From contig MU054391.1 in assembly GCA_013239625.1 (NCBI GenBank), positions 5,043,824-5,107,823 on the forward strand: DNA of 64,000 nucleotides, written 5' to 3'. The first letter of the stretch is position 1, and the number at the start of each line of letters is the position of its first letter. Below the pieces are notes generated by a model. The model worked only from the letters and a program-made list of their open reading frames with translations, ran no database searches and was not told the DNA's origin. Positions 12,201 to 24,900 of the stretch are shown here, in pieces. Origin of the DNA: Lama guanicoe. Taxonomy: Eukaryota. The position numbers and the translations under genes are program-made.

Positions 12201-15200
12201 CAAGTCAGATTACATCCTCCCCTGCTCAAAGCCCTCAAGATAAAAGTAAATGTTCTAGTTTGGCCTTGGTGACTGACCAGGTAACCACACACACCACCCC
12301 ACCACAGCACTCCCAGCACTCCCACCCCCTTGCCCTGCCGCTTACCAACATCCAAAATACAGAGTGTCATGTTTACTGTCCCCCTATCACAACAAGAATG
12401 TAAGTTCCAAAAAAGTAATCAGTAGTAATCAGATCTGTTCTATTCAACTGAACATCCAAACCAAATAAACAAACAAAGCTCAACTCATACTTTGCACCAA
12501 ATACATATATAACCCAAAACTGACCTAAATGTAGTATCTAAAAGTACAAAACTCCTAGGAAAAAAAAATAAGATGATTTTGGATTAAGCAGATTTCTTCA
12601 CTGTAACACTACAAGTACAGTTCTCAAAAAAAATGGTAAATCGGAGATCATTAAAATTTAAAACTTTTTTCTGTTAAGAGAATAAAATTTGAGGCTGGTG
12701 ACTCCTTTTTTCCTTCCCTTCTTCCCCTCCTTGAACAGGAATGTATGTCATTGGAATCCCACGCCTGTCCCCTCGTCAAAATTCAAAACCGAACACTAAA
12801 AAGGGTGAATTTTACCTGTAAACTGTACCTCAATAATACTGTGTTTTTTTAAATCCTCAAAAAAGTTACATTATTTGATCCAGTGACTTCACTCAATAGC
12901 TAAAAACACAAGAAACATGGACAAAGATGTTACATTTAACACAATTTTATTCAGAAGAACAAAAAACTTGAGGGATTATATAAATTATGATATAGTCACA
13001 CAGTGGAATAGCACACAGGCATCAAAATGTTTCCCAAAACTGGACAGAAAAATGCTTGTGATATATTAAGTATCACAAAAGATTAATTAAAAGAAAAAAG
13101 TGTCTCAATTATTTAAAATATACACATTTTTAAATGCTGAAATGAAACAGATCAAGTGATAATGGTATTAATGTAATTTTTATTTTCTTTAGAAATTTTA
13201 TTTCCTAATTTTCTAGAATGTGATGCTTCCATCATCAGAAACCAGTAAGAGATTTTTATTAATGGTCACCACCAACATCCAGCACCTGCATCTGTCCCCA
13301 CCTTTTGCAGGATCAAGTCTAACATCTCAGTGAGGCATCAGCTTCTGGCTCTATCTGCCACCCTTCTCTCTTCTACAAGCCCCTCCCCATCCGCAGCCAG
13401 GCCAAGCTGAACCGCTCCAAGTTGCCCCTACCTGCCATGCTTCTCCAAAACCTGCCTTCGCTCAACTTGCCCCACCATGGAACACCACCCTCACATCCAC
13501 GCTACCAAGGCATCTACTGTTCTCTCAACAGTCACCATTTTCTGTCCAATTTACCTCCCAATGTCTGAGATCAGCCAAGCCCACTCACAGTGCCTTAGTT
13601 TCAGGCCTTCACCATCTACACTAATCAAGACTCCTAAAGTACAAGAAACAAATTGAAACTAGTTTATGAAAAACCAAAAACAAAATTAAGGATACTAGTT
13701 TATTTCCCAAAACCACGCCATGGGACAGGTGAGAGCCACTGAACCTCAAATGCCAGCAGAATTCTCATTCCCTACTGGCTTAGCCCACTTCGAGTACAGA
13801 CCAACTTCTTCTACACAAACGGGAACGCGGCTGCCAACAACTCTCTAAACCCAAATCAGATGGTTTGTAAAGTTAAAGAAAGCACACTATTCCTTGTTCC
13901 CAAATCCAAAACTCCCAGTAAAGGACTCCGCCCAGATTGTGTCCCGTGCCAATCTGGAACACAGTCAAAGGGCTGGACGGGCAACAAGGTCACATAATAC
14001 TGGCCCTGATTCCAGGAAAAAGGAAACTGTTGTGACCTAGGTACCTGTCCTAAAAATGTGTCCCACACCACAGATCAATGTGACAGTGTCCCAACTTGTG
14101 TCTCCTCCCTCCTGTCTTTTTTCCATCCAATACAGTGGCCACACTAAAGCAAGAGTGATCTAAATACACTCCTCTTAGAATCCTTCCGTTAGTTTCCAAA
14201 AAATTCTTGCCGGGAGAAGAGAAGGTGATGGCTTTATTATGCACCAGTTATTCAAGGAACTGAAGTCCTTAAGTCTTTCAACGCCGTTGTAAAGATTCAG
14301 TTCTATAACTCCTATGAAACACTTCGCTCTGTGAAGAGCAATGAGGAGTCATGAACTCAGTTCTTGACTGTGACGGTGCGGGCACGCAGCTCCTTCACAA
14401 TCTGGACCCATCTTACCACTGCAGCCTCATCTCTTTCTCCACTTCCCAACCCTCCTACCCTCTACCGCTACCCGCTTGCCCACTCACACACACACTTCAG
14501 CTCTGGCCAGACTCACCTACTTGCAGCTCCTTGGCTGCCCCAGGCTTTCTTCTTCCCAGGCCTTTGCATTTTCTTCCCCCTCAGCTTAGAAGGCCCATCC
14601 TCCACACATATGCTTCAACACCTTGTAGGCCTCCTTGAGGACGTGGTTCTAACATTATCTTCTCCCAGAAGCCTTCAGTAACTGGCTGCTGACTCTAAGC
14701 TGGGCCAGTGCCCCTGCCCCAGGACACCTCCACACCCTGTGCATACACTGAAACTGCCCATACCACACTCAACTGCCCATCTTCCTTATCTTTGTCCACA
14801 TCGCCCTGAAACTGTAAGTTACTGAGGCAGGACCCACGTTAAATCTAACACAACGCCCACCCAGTAAGCGCTGAGAAAGAGAAAAGCTGCCCCTGAGTGT
14901 CAGGAGCTGGCCTGGCACACAAAGCAAGACCTTGGAGTTCTCACATGAACTTTAACAATCTCAAAAAACACCAACAGATAAGGTCACTGTGAGACCATGA
15001 TGTCAAGACCAAAACAAGACCACCTAAGAATCATACCTGAACAAAGACAAAAACATGAACACCGTTCAACCTTCAGTTTCAATGTTCTCTCTTCAAAAAG
15101 GCCTTCTTCAAGTGTAGCTTAGTGTAGTGGTTAAAAGGATGGACCCCAGAACCAGACGGACTAGGTCTCTCTCCTGATTTTACTACTTAATATTTAATCA

Positions 15201-17251
15201 CTTTGGGCTAGTTACTTCAACTTAGTGTCTAAATTTCACCATCTTTAAGTAACTGCATAGTTTTATGCAAAGGGATTAACACAGTACCTAATACACACAA
15301 ACTCAATAACTATTAGCTATTTTACATACTAATAGAATATGAACACTTCTTAAGTACCCTTTCTTAGTGGACTCCCCTAACTTAGATTTTTCTCTATCAT
15401 AGGATCTTTTTCATTTTCTTCATAGGATCCTTCATTATTTTCTCCACAGTACTTTTCTAAACTTACAATTTACATATCTACCTATTTAATAACTGTCTCT
15501 CCCACTAGGATATAAGCTTTATAAGAGAAAGGACTACTGTCTTTTATTTTATACCAAATACCCAAATCCTTGCATAGTTCCTGGCCCCTAGAAGACACTG
15601 TTTCTTGAATGAATGTGTATCATTTCAGTCTAGGGTCCAAACCAGTTTCTGTCTAATGGTAATATAAGGTTGTACATTCTTCTGCACAATTAGTAAGAAA
15701 ATTAATGTCTTAATGTCATTTTTGGAAAAGGCAGATACAGCCAATACCAAGGCCAGGAAAAAAAAAAATCTCTATGTTGCAGTAAGCTCATTTTCAGGAC
15801 TTGCAAACAAATTTAACAGAATAATAAAAAAATTTTTGGTATATTCAAAATGCTTTCACAAAAGGCCAAATGGTTAGTAGACAGATACACTATATAACTT
15901 TTCTCCATTACAAACTATACCAAAGCAACAACAGTGACCTGTGTTTGTCCAACACTAATTTTTGTACCCTACAGATATGACACATAAATTCCTGAATGCG
16001 GTCCTCCCAACTCCAGCCTCCTCTACCCGTCTTTCCACTTAAGCACTGACCCAACATGTAGTTCCTAGAATCTTCCGTGTGTGTGTGTTCACACTCCTGG
16101 GTCTAGGTGGCAGTCCCTGCCACCTCCACAATCTTTTCTCTATACAAAAGCCAGAGTGATCCTCCTGAATCATCAGTCTTATTATGACATCCTGTGCCCG
16201 AAACTCCCCAACAGTTGTCCTCTCTCTCAAAATAAAATCCCCAATCCTTACCATGGTCTAGAAGACCCTGCTTGATCTCTTCCACCCCCTCTGCCACCTC
16301 CTTTTCTCCTTCATTTCGCTCAGGCCACACAGGGTTTCTGCTCACCTGTCATGTGATGGGCGCTTCCCATCGCTGCGTATAAAGCAGCCATCATCCCCAC
16401 TAGCACTCCCCACTCGATAACCCTGCTTTATTCCTCCATATAACGTGGAGCATCACGCAAGAAATCTTTTATTTCTTAATTTTCTGTCTGCCTCCTCGTT
16501 CTCCACCCCACCTCAAAACTGCAGCCCAATGAGAGTACAGGCTATTTCTGTTTTGTTCGCTGCGGAAGCCCCAGCACGGGGAACAGAGCCCGGCGCACAG
16601 CAGGGCTCCTGTATCTCAGAAGGCACACAAGGCCTCGGCTGACCCACACACCCAGAACGCCTGGCCCAGCTTCCACGTTCTCACAAACAGAAACACTACT
16701 TCAAAATCCAGCTCGGGGGTCACTTCCTCTGGGACTTCCTCCTCCTTTCTTCCACTCTTTCTGTCCTGCCCCGCCCTGGCCAGTTTCACCCAGTACACCT
16801 GTGTGTCACGCAAACTTGCAGTATTACGCTGACAATCAGGTATCACAATTATTAATTTACTTTGAAATCCTAGAATCAAGATCACATCTTACTCATCTTT
16901 TCACCCTCAGTAACTAAGTAAGGGCTTGGTACCTCATCAATAAAATGGTTACGGGATTAACAGGAATATTATTAGACTATGTGCATCCTAAATTTTAATT
17001 TTACACTTGGTGAATCTGGTTAAGGCGTAAAAGAGAGTTCTTTGTACTATTCTTATAAGTCTTCTGTAAGTCTGCAATTACTTTAAAATAAGAAGTTTAA
17101 ACACAAAGGTCTGACAAAGCCCTTATTTAGTTCAAGTATTTTCCTTCACTACAATATCGCACAAGACCTGAATGAACACATTAAGAAAAAGCAGCTACAG
17201 ACATTGACCTCAATTGTCAAAAAAAAAACCACACACACACACAAAGATTGA

Positions 17252-17379
17252 GCAAGGGTAGGGTATAGCTCAGTGGTAAAGTACACACTTAGCATGCATG
17301 AGGTCCTGGGTTCAATCCCCAGTACCTCCATTGAAAAAAATAATTACCTCCCTGCTAAATAAATGAAATTTTTTAAAGA
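17252..17379 (+). mobile_element. tRNA-derived SINE, Vic-1-like (camelid)
   Basis: A box TAGCTCAGTGG, B box GGTTCAATCC, A-rich tail; target-site duplication ACAAAGATTGA at 17241-17251 and 17380-17390. Confidence 0.85.
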
Positions 17380-19559
17380 ACAAAGATTGAAATTCTTCAA
17401 TTTTTCGAATCTTGTTACCTCTCTACCCCAATTCATTATATGGACTGCACGTGTATCACCTCAGAGTACATAAAGCTGTGAACAGTTATCACTTAGAGAT
17501 AGTGACTAAGATTAAGACTTTAATTCCTTTAGACTAAGACTAAGCAGAAAATGGTAATAAAATAGTGAAAAAAAATCTTCTAAAATGAACCTGCTTTGCC
17601 TTAAGCTACTGGAAGGATACCCTTTAAACAAATCTACTAAAGAAAGGTGATCTATTTTTGTCATATAATTTGGAGAAAATGCATGCAATTCTACACAGCT
17701 GTAATTCACCAACAGTGCAACCTAATGACAGTTTCAAGTCTGTAATTTGCAACGCACTGTGCTTCGGGCTATCTCTTACAAGCTAAGACTATTTCTGCCC
17801 TACGGGGCTCACAGTTCTTTAAAGTACTGGAGGAGGAAAGGGGTGACTGGGAAAGAGGGAAATGGCTGAAACAAATTTGGTAAAATACTGGTCATTGTTG
17901 GTTGGAGTTGGGGGATGGGTACATGAGGGTTCACTATACGATTCTATTCTCTACTTTGTGTACGTGGGGGAAATGCTACAGCAGGTTTGCTGATCGTTCA
18001 ACATTAACACCTTGAATTCTGGTCATCTCTGCCCATCCACCCATCCATCTCTTCTCTATTGTTAAGTTTCCTAATGGGAGGAACTTCACAAGTCTTTCCT
18101 TCACAAATTCAGAAGCACCTAAAACAGCTTCTTGTGCATATTAAAGAACGGATTAATGTCTCCTGAACTGAATTTGATCAAGTCACATCTCTCAATTTAA
18201 CAGATGAAAACAGATGAAAACTGCCCCAGCTGACAGTTACAAAATGACTCCCATTAGCCAGGCTTCTAACAAGGCCAGTCAAGAGTCTGAACTCGAGCGT
18301 GCCCAGTAAATCAGACTGTATCCCTTAAGGCCAGGTCTCCCCATCCCTCCCTCAGAGGCTCACTTTTGAATAGCCCTGCTTTCCCTCTGAAATAAATCCT
18401 TTAAAACAGGTTCCATTCTCAGCCATCTTAAAACAAATACCCTCGCCCCCACCTCCTACCCCTCTTTCCCATCATCTCAGACATTCCCTGTCAACTTCAA
18501 GCCGTTCCCCCTTCACCCCAACACAGTCCAGGATCTTCTCCCCTCAATCCCGACAGACACTTCTGCCCAACCTACCGACAGCCCAGAGGTCTCAATTCCA
18601 ATGTCACTTCCCCAGTGAGCTTTCCCAGACCATCCACTACCCTCCCAGACCGGCTTAGGGCATCCGCCCTTCCTCCTTCTCTCCTTCCTTCTCCATTCTC
18701 CCCTCTCCCCCTCCCCGTTCCTCGTCCAGAGCAGTCTTACTTAAAGACACACTGCACTTTGTTGCAGTGACTGTGATCCCAGACAGGAAGCATGTCTGTT
18801 TTGGCCACCACTGTTTCCCCAATGCCTGACACATTTCCAGGAACACAGGAGGGGCTCAACAGACACCAGGTGAATGAAGGAAGCTCTCATCTGTCCTGCA
18901 AATATCTTCTGGGCATTATTATGTGCAAGGCCCATGATAGCCTTTAGTGAATTCCTATCAAGCCTTCAGTAAGCTAACTGTTCACCAGGAGACCTAAGAG
19001 ATCGTCATCACGAAAACAGCATTTATATATCACTGTATACTTTTTGAGATGCTTTTATATCTACGTTCTTATTTGATTTTCCAATACTCTTCAGTATTAT
19101 TTCTCATTTTAGAGATGAGAAAGCAGGTTTCATACACAAGTAACTAGCCCAACATAATTCAAAAAGCAAATATTGTAGCACCCAGATAAATCCAAGTCAT
19201 AATTTAAGGCTGGAGAAACCAAAGTGCTGTGAATAGAAGAGAAGTCCCTCCTCCCACTGGAATATCATGGAAGTATCACTCTGAGGTGATCCTCGAAGAA
19301 TGGGTCCAATAGGTGGGAAATGAATGAAGGACATGCCATACCAAAAACAGCATGAAAAGAGATGGAGAGAGTGCTGACTGAGTGACCATGTAGTGTATGT
19401 CCAGGAAACAATGAACAGCTTGTATGGGATGTGTAAGTAAAAAGTGAGGGTGGTTAGATCTGTGATCTCTTCAAGGATAAGCGCTGTCTCTCTTTTGTTC
19501 ACATGTCCCCAGAACCTATTACAGACCCAGAGCAAGCAGAAAAATCATACATAACCGAG

Positions 19560-20000
19560 AAACTGAGTAACTGAACAGGGATACTAAAGATGCCTCTGCT
19601 GCAGGATGTCACCTGCCCACAGCTCCTGCTACTCTCAACAGCCATGTTTTCTCTACCATCAGCCATGCCCAGGGATGAGCATATGAGGACACGTGACTGC
19701 TCAAAAAGATAAGCTGGGCCAATCAGATTCCTCTCTCTAGAACTGAAATTAGAAACCAGAGGCCCAGGCATTATGGGCCAGGGGCAAAATGATACATTTT
19801 TGAGACAGCCAGTCAGTAGAGAGAGAACCCAACAGAATGAATAGAGAAGTCTCCTCCTAAGTGAGAAAACAAATGTGGCCCCTGAGCCAGAGAAAGTGTA
19901 GTTGCCTTGGATCCTGATTTCTTGCTGATTCTGCCCTATAAATCTCCTTTTCCCTGAGGTAAAAGAGTAAATCTCTGTTGGTTCCTCACCTTCTAACAGC
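19560..20000. mobile_element. Possible ERVL solo LTR (LTR16/LTR33-like)
   Basis: GGGCCAATCAGATTCCTCTCTC motif and downstream ATAAATCTCCTTTT; recalled similarity only. Confidence 0.4.
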
Positions 20001-21199
20001 CCTGACTGATACACCTCAGAGAAAATGACAGTTCTCGAGCACAAGCAGGAAGAGGGGAATGGCACACTCACATGACCCTAGGAAAAGATTTCCCCCAGCA
20101 GCGTATGCGGCCCAGAAGCAGAACCATGGATACCAGTCAGGGAACCACCAAAACAGCCCACAGGACAGGGGACAGGAGACAGGGATGGAGAAGAAATGAG
20201 AGATATGAACTTAAACAGCATAAAATCCCCCATACTGGACCCTCTGACATACCAAAATATCCAGAGAGATTCAGGATGTAGAAATTTTTTAAAATTATGT
20301 GACTGGAAATGAAAGCACAGGTCAAAGATGACTAGTTACCAAGCAGAGGTGATGGAAGATGGTGCTGTCATTGATCAAAAACCGTGAAGTCAGGAGGAAG
20401 TCGGGACCTTTCTCTGCTTAGTTACTGGCCCCTCTCTCCCCACCACTCCTGCTGGGTGAACAAGGCCAGGTGGAATTTGCTGTGCTCCAAAATACTGGGT
20501 GGATAATCCACCCAGTATTTGGAAAGACAGATCCGGAAATCACTCAAACACTCTCTCAAACTTGCGTGCATCAAAGTTATTTGGGAAGCTTGTTAATTCC
20601 TTGGGCTTCTCCCCTAGAGAATCCCATTTAATAGATCTGGGGCCCAGAAACTGACATTTTAACAAGCACCCAAAATGATTCTGATGAAGGTTTCCATGCT
20701 GGTAAAGCTAGAGAACAAAGAACACTTTGCAGCTGCATTTCTCCATCGCGGGTGGCTCTGCATAAGGTCGCCTACGGTGCTTTAAAAGGCAGATGTCTGA
20801 TCCTTCGTGTCGTCAAAGTGCGGGCAATGACAAAATGTATCAGAATCAGCCATAAGAAGGGATGATTTCTGAGCCACACCCCAGGCCCCGCTGAATGGGA
20901 ATTCTGAGGATAAGGCTAAGAAAGCTCCATTTTTTAACCAGGGCCCCTAGCGGCTAGCAGAAATGGCTCCACAAATAGTTAGTAATAAGGAAATATTCAT
21001 TGCTTTAAACCTTTCCATTTGGCAAAACAATTTGAAAAAAAATAATCTAACATTGCTTGCTGACAAATCGCTTCCCTAAAAAAAGTCATGGAAGCATCAT
21101 AATCAATGGCTTGCTGATATTTTGCTGATATAATGGCCTGCACAGGACAATGGAGGCCCTTATGAAAGCAAAGGGAGAAAAACCAAACAGCTCGTCCCT

Positions 21200-21970
21200 G
21201 GAAGCCCAGGGAAAGAAACCTCGAACGCCTGCCTTAGCGGTACCAGCTGAGGGAGTTCTCGAGGCGGCGGGTGCGCCGGCTGCGGCTCCGCACAGAACAC
21301 CTGCCCCCCACGATCCCCCTCTCGGCCCCCGGGGAGGCTGACGGTCTGAGACAGCAAGGCCGAGAGCCTCCCGACGCTCCAGCAAGTGCAGACTTGCCCG
21401 GAAAGCCGAGCCCCGGGGCCCGGCCGCGGCCCCCACACCCCGCGTCGCCCCCTCCCTACCTGCCCGCGGCCCCTCACGCGCAGTCGGCCTCGCCCCCTAC
21501 TCACCTGGCCACGGCCCCTTCCCCACGCGCTGCCTCACCGTTCCTCACCTGGCCTTCGCTCCCTCCCGGCCCGGCCTCGCCCCGCGGTACTCCCGGCCAC
21601 GGCCCCTCCCCGCCGGGCCTGGCCGCCGCCTCCTCTCTCTGCGGTCCCCACGCAAACCCGACCACCACACTGACCGTCTCACAACCCGGCCCGACGACGG
21701 CGCCAACACCTCGGGCGGAAAGGGCCCGCTTTGCCGCAGGCGCTGTCAGAACACGAGAAAGGGAGAGACCGCGGCTTTCAGCGAGTCGCCCTCCACCTGG
21801 CGGCCATTTTCCTCCATCTCCCCGAACTGACAGATCACGTGGACGCGGGGCGGAGGGCGGGGCTGCGGTGGTCACGCCCACCTGTGGGCGTGGTCCAAGG
21901 GAGGCGGGACTGGAGGGGGCCGCGGGCGCGGGCATAGCTGGCCAGGCCGGGCCGGCAGGCAGGTGCCCGG
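21200..21970. promoter_or_regulatory. KIDINS220: CpG island / KIDINS220 promoter with GC boxes (~21847-21862), E-box CACGTG (21836-21841) and YY1-like AAAATGGCCG (minus, 21801-21810)
   Basis: Very GC- and CpG-dense; the first such island upstream of coding exon 2 on the minus strand; motifs read directly. Confidence 0.85.
21675..21820 (-). other. KIDINS220: Probable non-coding exon 1 of KIDINS220 (TSS approximate; donor ACG|gtcagt at 21675, alternatives at 21549 and 21505)
   Basis: Lies just downstream of the GC boxes/E-box in the island; donor consensus present; exact TSS and donor use cannot be read from DNA. Confidence 0.55.
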
Positions 21971-24900
21971 AAGAGAGTTCTCTCTGGCCACCAAATAGGT
22001 GTATTTGACAAGGGTCCCAGGCAACACTCTTTCTTGTCAATGTCACCCTTCTTACTAGGATTAGTTTACAGTCCCTGTTCACCATATGCAGAGAAATAAA
22101 CCACAATCATATCTTCAAGAGACCCTGCAAATACATTGCAAATGGAGGCCAATTCAAATCCCTTCCTCCGGAATCCAGGACACCTGAGAGGTTTATACTC
22201 CAGGTCCAGGGTCCGGAGAGCCCACCGCCTCCCCAGCTTTCTCACTCCCTTCTCTGCAGCCTGGCAGTCTGGCCTCACCCTGATCCCTACAGAAGGGACC
22301 TCTCACCTGCCTGCTTCCAAATGTGATTGACAGCTTTTCCACTCACAGCAGTTTTAGTCATGATACCCTCCTGGAAATGTTCCCCTCCCTGGGCTTCAGT
22401 GACTCTGATTCTCCTAGTTTTCGGCCTATTTCTCTGGCTGCTCCTCCCAGATTCCACCTCCCTTAAACTGGCTGATGTTTTCAGAATTCAACCCAAAGCT
22501 GGACTTGTCACTCTCCTGACCCAGTGTGATCCTCCTGTACTGACACTGTCAGGGGACCTGTCACCTGCCCCATCTACCAAGACAGGAATTGGGAAATCAT
22601 ACACCTCCTCCTCCTCCACCGCTCCCTAAAGTCATCCAGCCCTCCACTGCCTGACAGTAGCTACTTTCGTCACCCCTGATCTGTTTAAAGCCTTCAGAAG
22701 CTCCCCACTAAGACTATACCAAAAGCCCTCAGCTACTCTCCCTGCGTCTGCTGGTGCCCCACTAACCATTTCCCCAGGAGATCAGGGAACATGTCACTTC
22801 TTTGATTAAACTCCCTAGCAGCCTTCCATTCCATAGAAGAAATTCCCAAATAGTACTTAACCTGCAAGTCTCCTCAGGAGCTGGTCCCTGCCAGACGTCT
22901 TGCCATTGTCCTGTGCTCTGCTCTCCTCCCATCCTGCCCCCGCCCCCCAGGCTGGAAAATACAGTTCCTGAACTATTGGGCCATGTTCTTTCTCATCTCC
23001 GCTTTGTTTCCAAAGTTTTGTTCCCTTTCCACTGGGTAGTCTCCCCTGCCTCTTGTCCAGCTGAGTCCAATAGATATATCCTATTTATTTTTCAGGATGC
23101 AGCCTAAGTGGTCCTCTCTGAGATAGCTTTCTGCATGACCTCAGGAAGGGTTCATCATTCCATCTGTCCTACGCCTCTGTCACCGCTTTGGGGTGCCCTC
23201 TTGTTGTCTCATGCACACATTCTCCTTGTTGGCTTTTTCCTTGAGTTCCCAGATTAATCCACTGGGAGCTGCTTTTCAGTGGTGCCAAATCAGGATCAGC
23301 TGTAGAAATTTTTAAAAATCAAAACTTGACACTTGGGGAATTTAACATATCTCCTTAGCTGATTCCACTGAAACACCATTCTCAGACTTGGTTTTTGTCC
23401 CATTGTGTCCAAATCAGTGATTTCAAATATGAATATTCTTTTTCAATGTCAAACCACTTGGTTGAGGGGAGGACCTACACCAGCTAGCCAGTAGCCTTTA
23501 AGTAACCACTGACTGTGAAAGCAACATGGGAATTAGAATCTGAGGTTTCATAGGGACCTGCAGCCCCAGCAAGGGAGCCGGTGCTCTAATTGTAATGAAC
23601 CATCTGAAGCATCAGCGAGGCATGTGACAGGCTTTCTGGATGAGTTTGCGAACACAAAGGGAAAATGTGGGTTACATATCAGAGGCTGGGCACCAGAAGA
23701 TCTCAAGTGTGTTGGTCAGTGCAGTGATGACTCAGGGTGACAGGATTCTTCAGTCCGTGCGAGCTTCCTCTATGGGACACCACTGTGGGGAGAGCTGCCC
23801 CCATGAGAATCCTCCCCTTTCAACCCCACTCACCACCGCCACCACCACCCCAGGCCCATCACCCTGGAATTTCTGGAACTCCAGCTGCATGTCCTGGTGG
23901 ATGAAACTGCCCCTCCACAACAAGCCCAGGAGGTGGCTTTGTGCCCAGGCTGGGCTCTGCCCACAAGGTGTGAGCCGAACTGAGAGGCAGTAAGCCACAC
24001 AACCAGAGCACCTCTCTTGGGGACAGCTGGACTACAGCTGTAAGGAAGGGGCTGTGTGGGACAGGAAGCCGTGGTTCTCTAGCTTAGCTGGTCCCTAGCA
24101 TAGCTGTACTGCAGTGGGAATTGGGAGGGGAGGTCGGTGGGGGGGTGGTTCTCAGTCAAGAGCTATGAAAATCCTGATCTAGAAATGGGACATCCAGTCC
24201 CAGACACTGACAAGACAGTCGGCCACACTACTGGCACCCCCTCCCCACCTCTTCCCCCAGATACAGCTCCCTGAAGATACTCAGTGTATAAGCTGCTCTT
24301 TTAGGAATATTTTTAAAGCCGCCCAGATAACAGCCTGGGAGGAAGCTACTAGAAACAGGCTTTCCTTTAGTGAACATTTGAATGGAAGATGGGAGGAGGA
24401 GCAGGTTCCAAGGACGGCAGGAAGGCGGAGAAACACCAGCGTGGAAATAGGTTTATCAGCTAGGGTCCCCCCCACACACTGCTCGTCTTCACTGGGAAAG
24501 GGAGAAACCTTACGTTTAGGAGTTTTACTGAATTACTAAAGCTAATTACTAGTTACTAAAGTTTAACTGAGTTACTGAGCATTTTTAATGACCAAACGTG
24601 ACTAGACGATATTCAATGATCCAACAATGATGAGAAAAATTATGAGAATTCTAAGGCCCACTGGAAATTTTGTCTGGGAACCAAGAAGTCAACTTGGAGC
24701 ACTTCCAGGAGCGGTCCTGAGGAAAAATAAAGTTGCTTCTTAATCCCTCTGTAGCCCCTTCTTCTCCATCCACATGTCGGTTACATTAGTAAATTAGAGG
24801 CATTGTGATGATAAATATTTTCTGACTCACACCAAATGCTGTTTATTCCTTTCATATTTATGGACGCGAACACTCGTCTTGCGGTGACATGACTATCATA

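Noticed and set aside
17256..17330. tRNA-like sequence with A and B boxes (also at ~49985-50056 and ~57567-57645)
   Set aside because: SINE heads followed by SINE body, A-tail and TSDs; not tRNA genes
19499..20071. 190-aa minus-strand ORF in KIDINS220 intron 1
   Set aside because: Overlaps LTR-like sequence, has no recognisable protein motif and no convincing splice context
21271..22106. Long ORFs of 245 aa (+) and 201 aa (-) over the promoter
   Set aside because: Pro/Ala/Arg/Gly-rich products of a stop-poor CpG island; no recognisable domain
24525..24580. Short degenerate TTACTAAAG/TTACTGAG repeats
   Set aside because: Low-complexity slippage products; no regular repeat-spacer structure, not CRISPR-like
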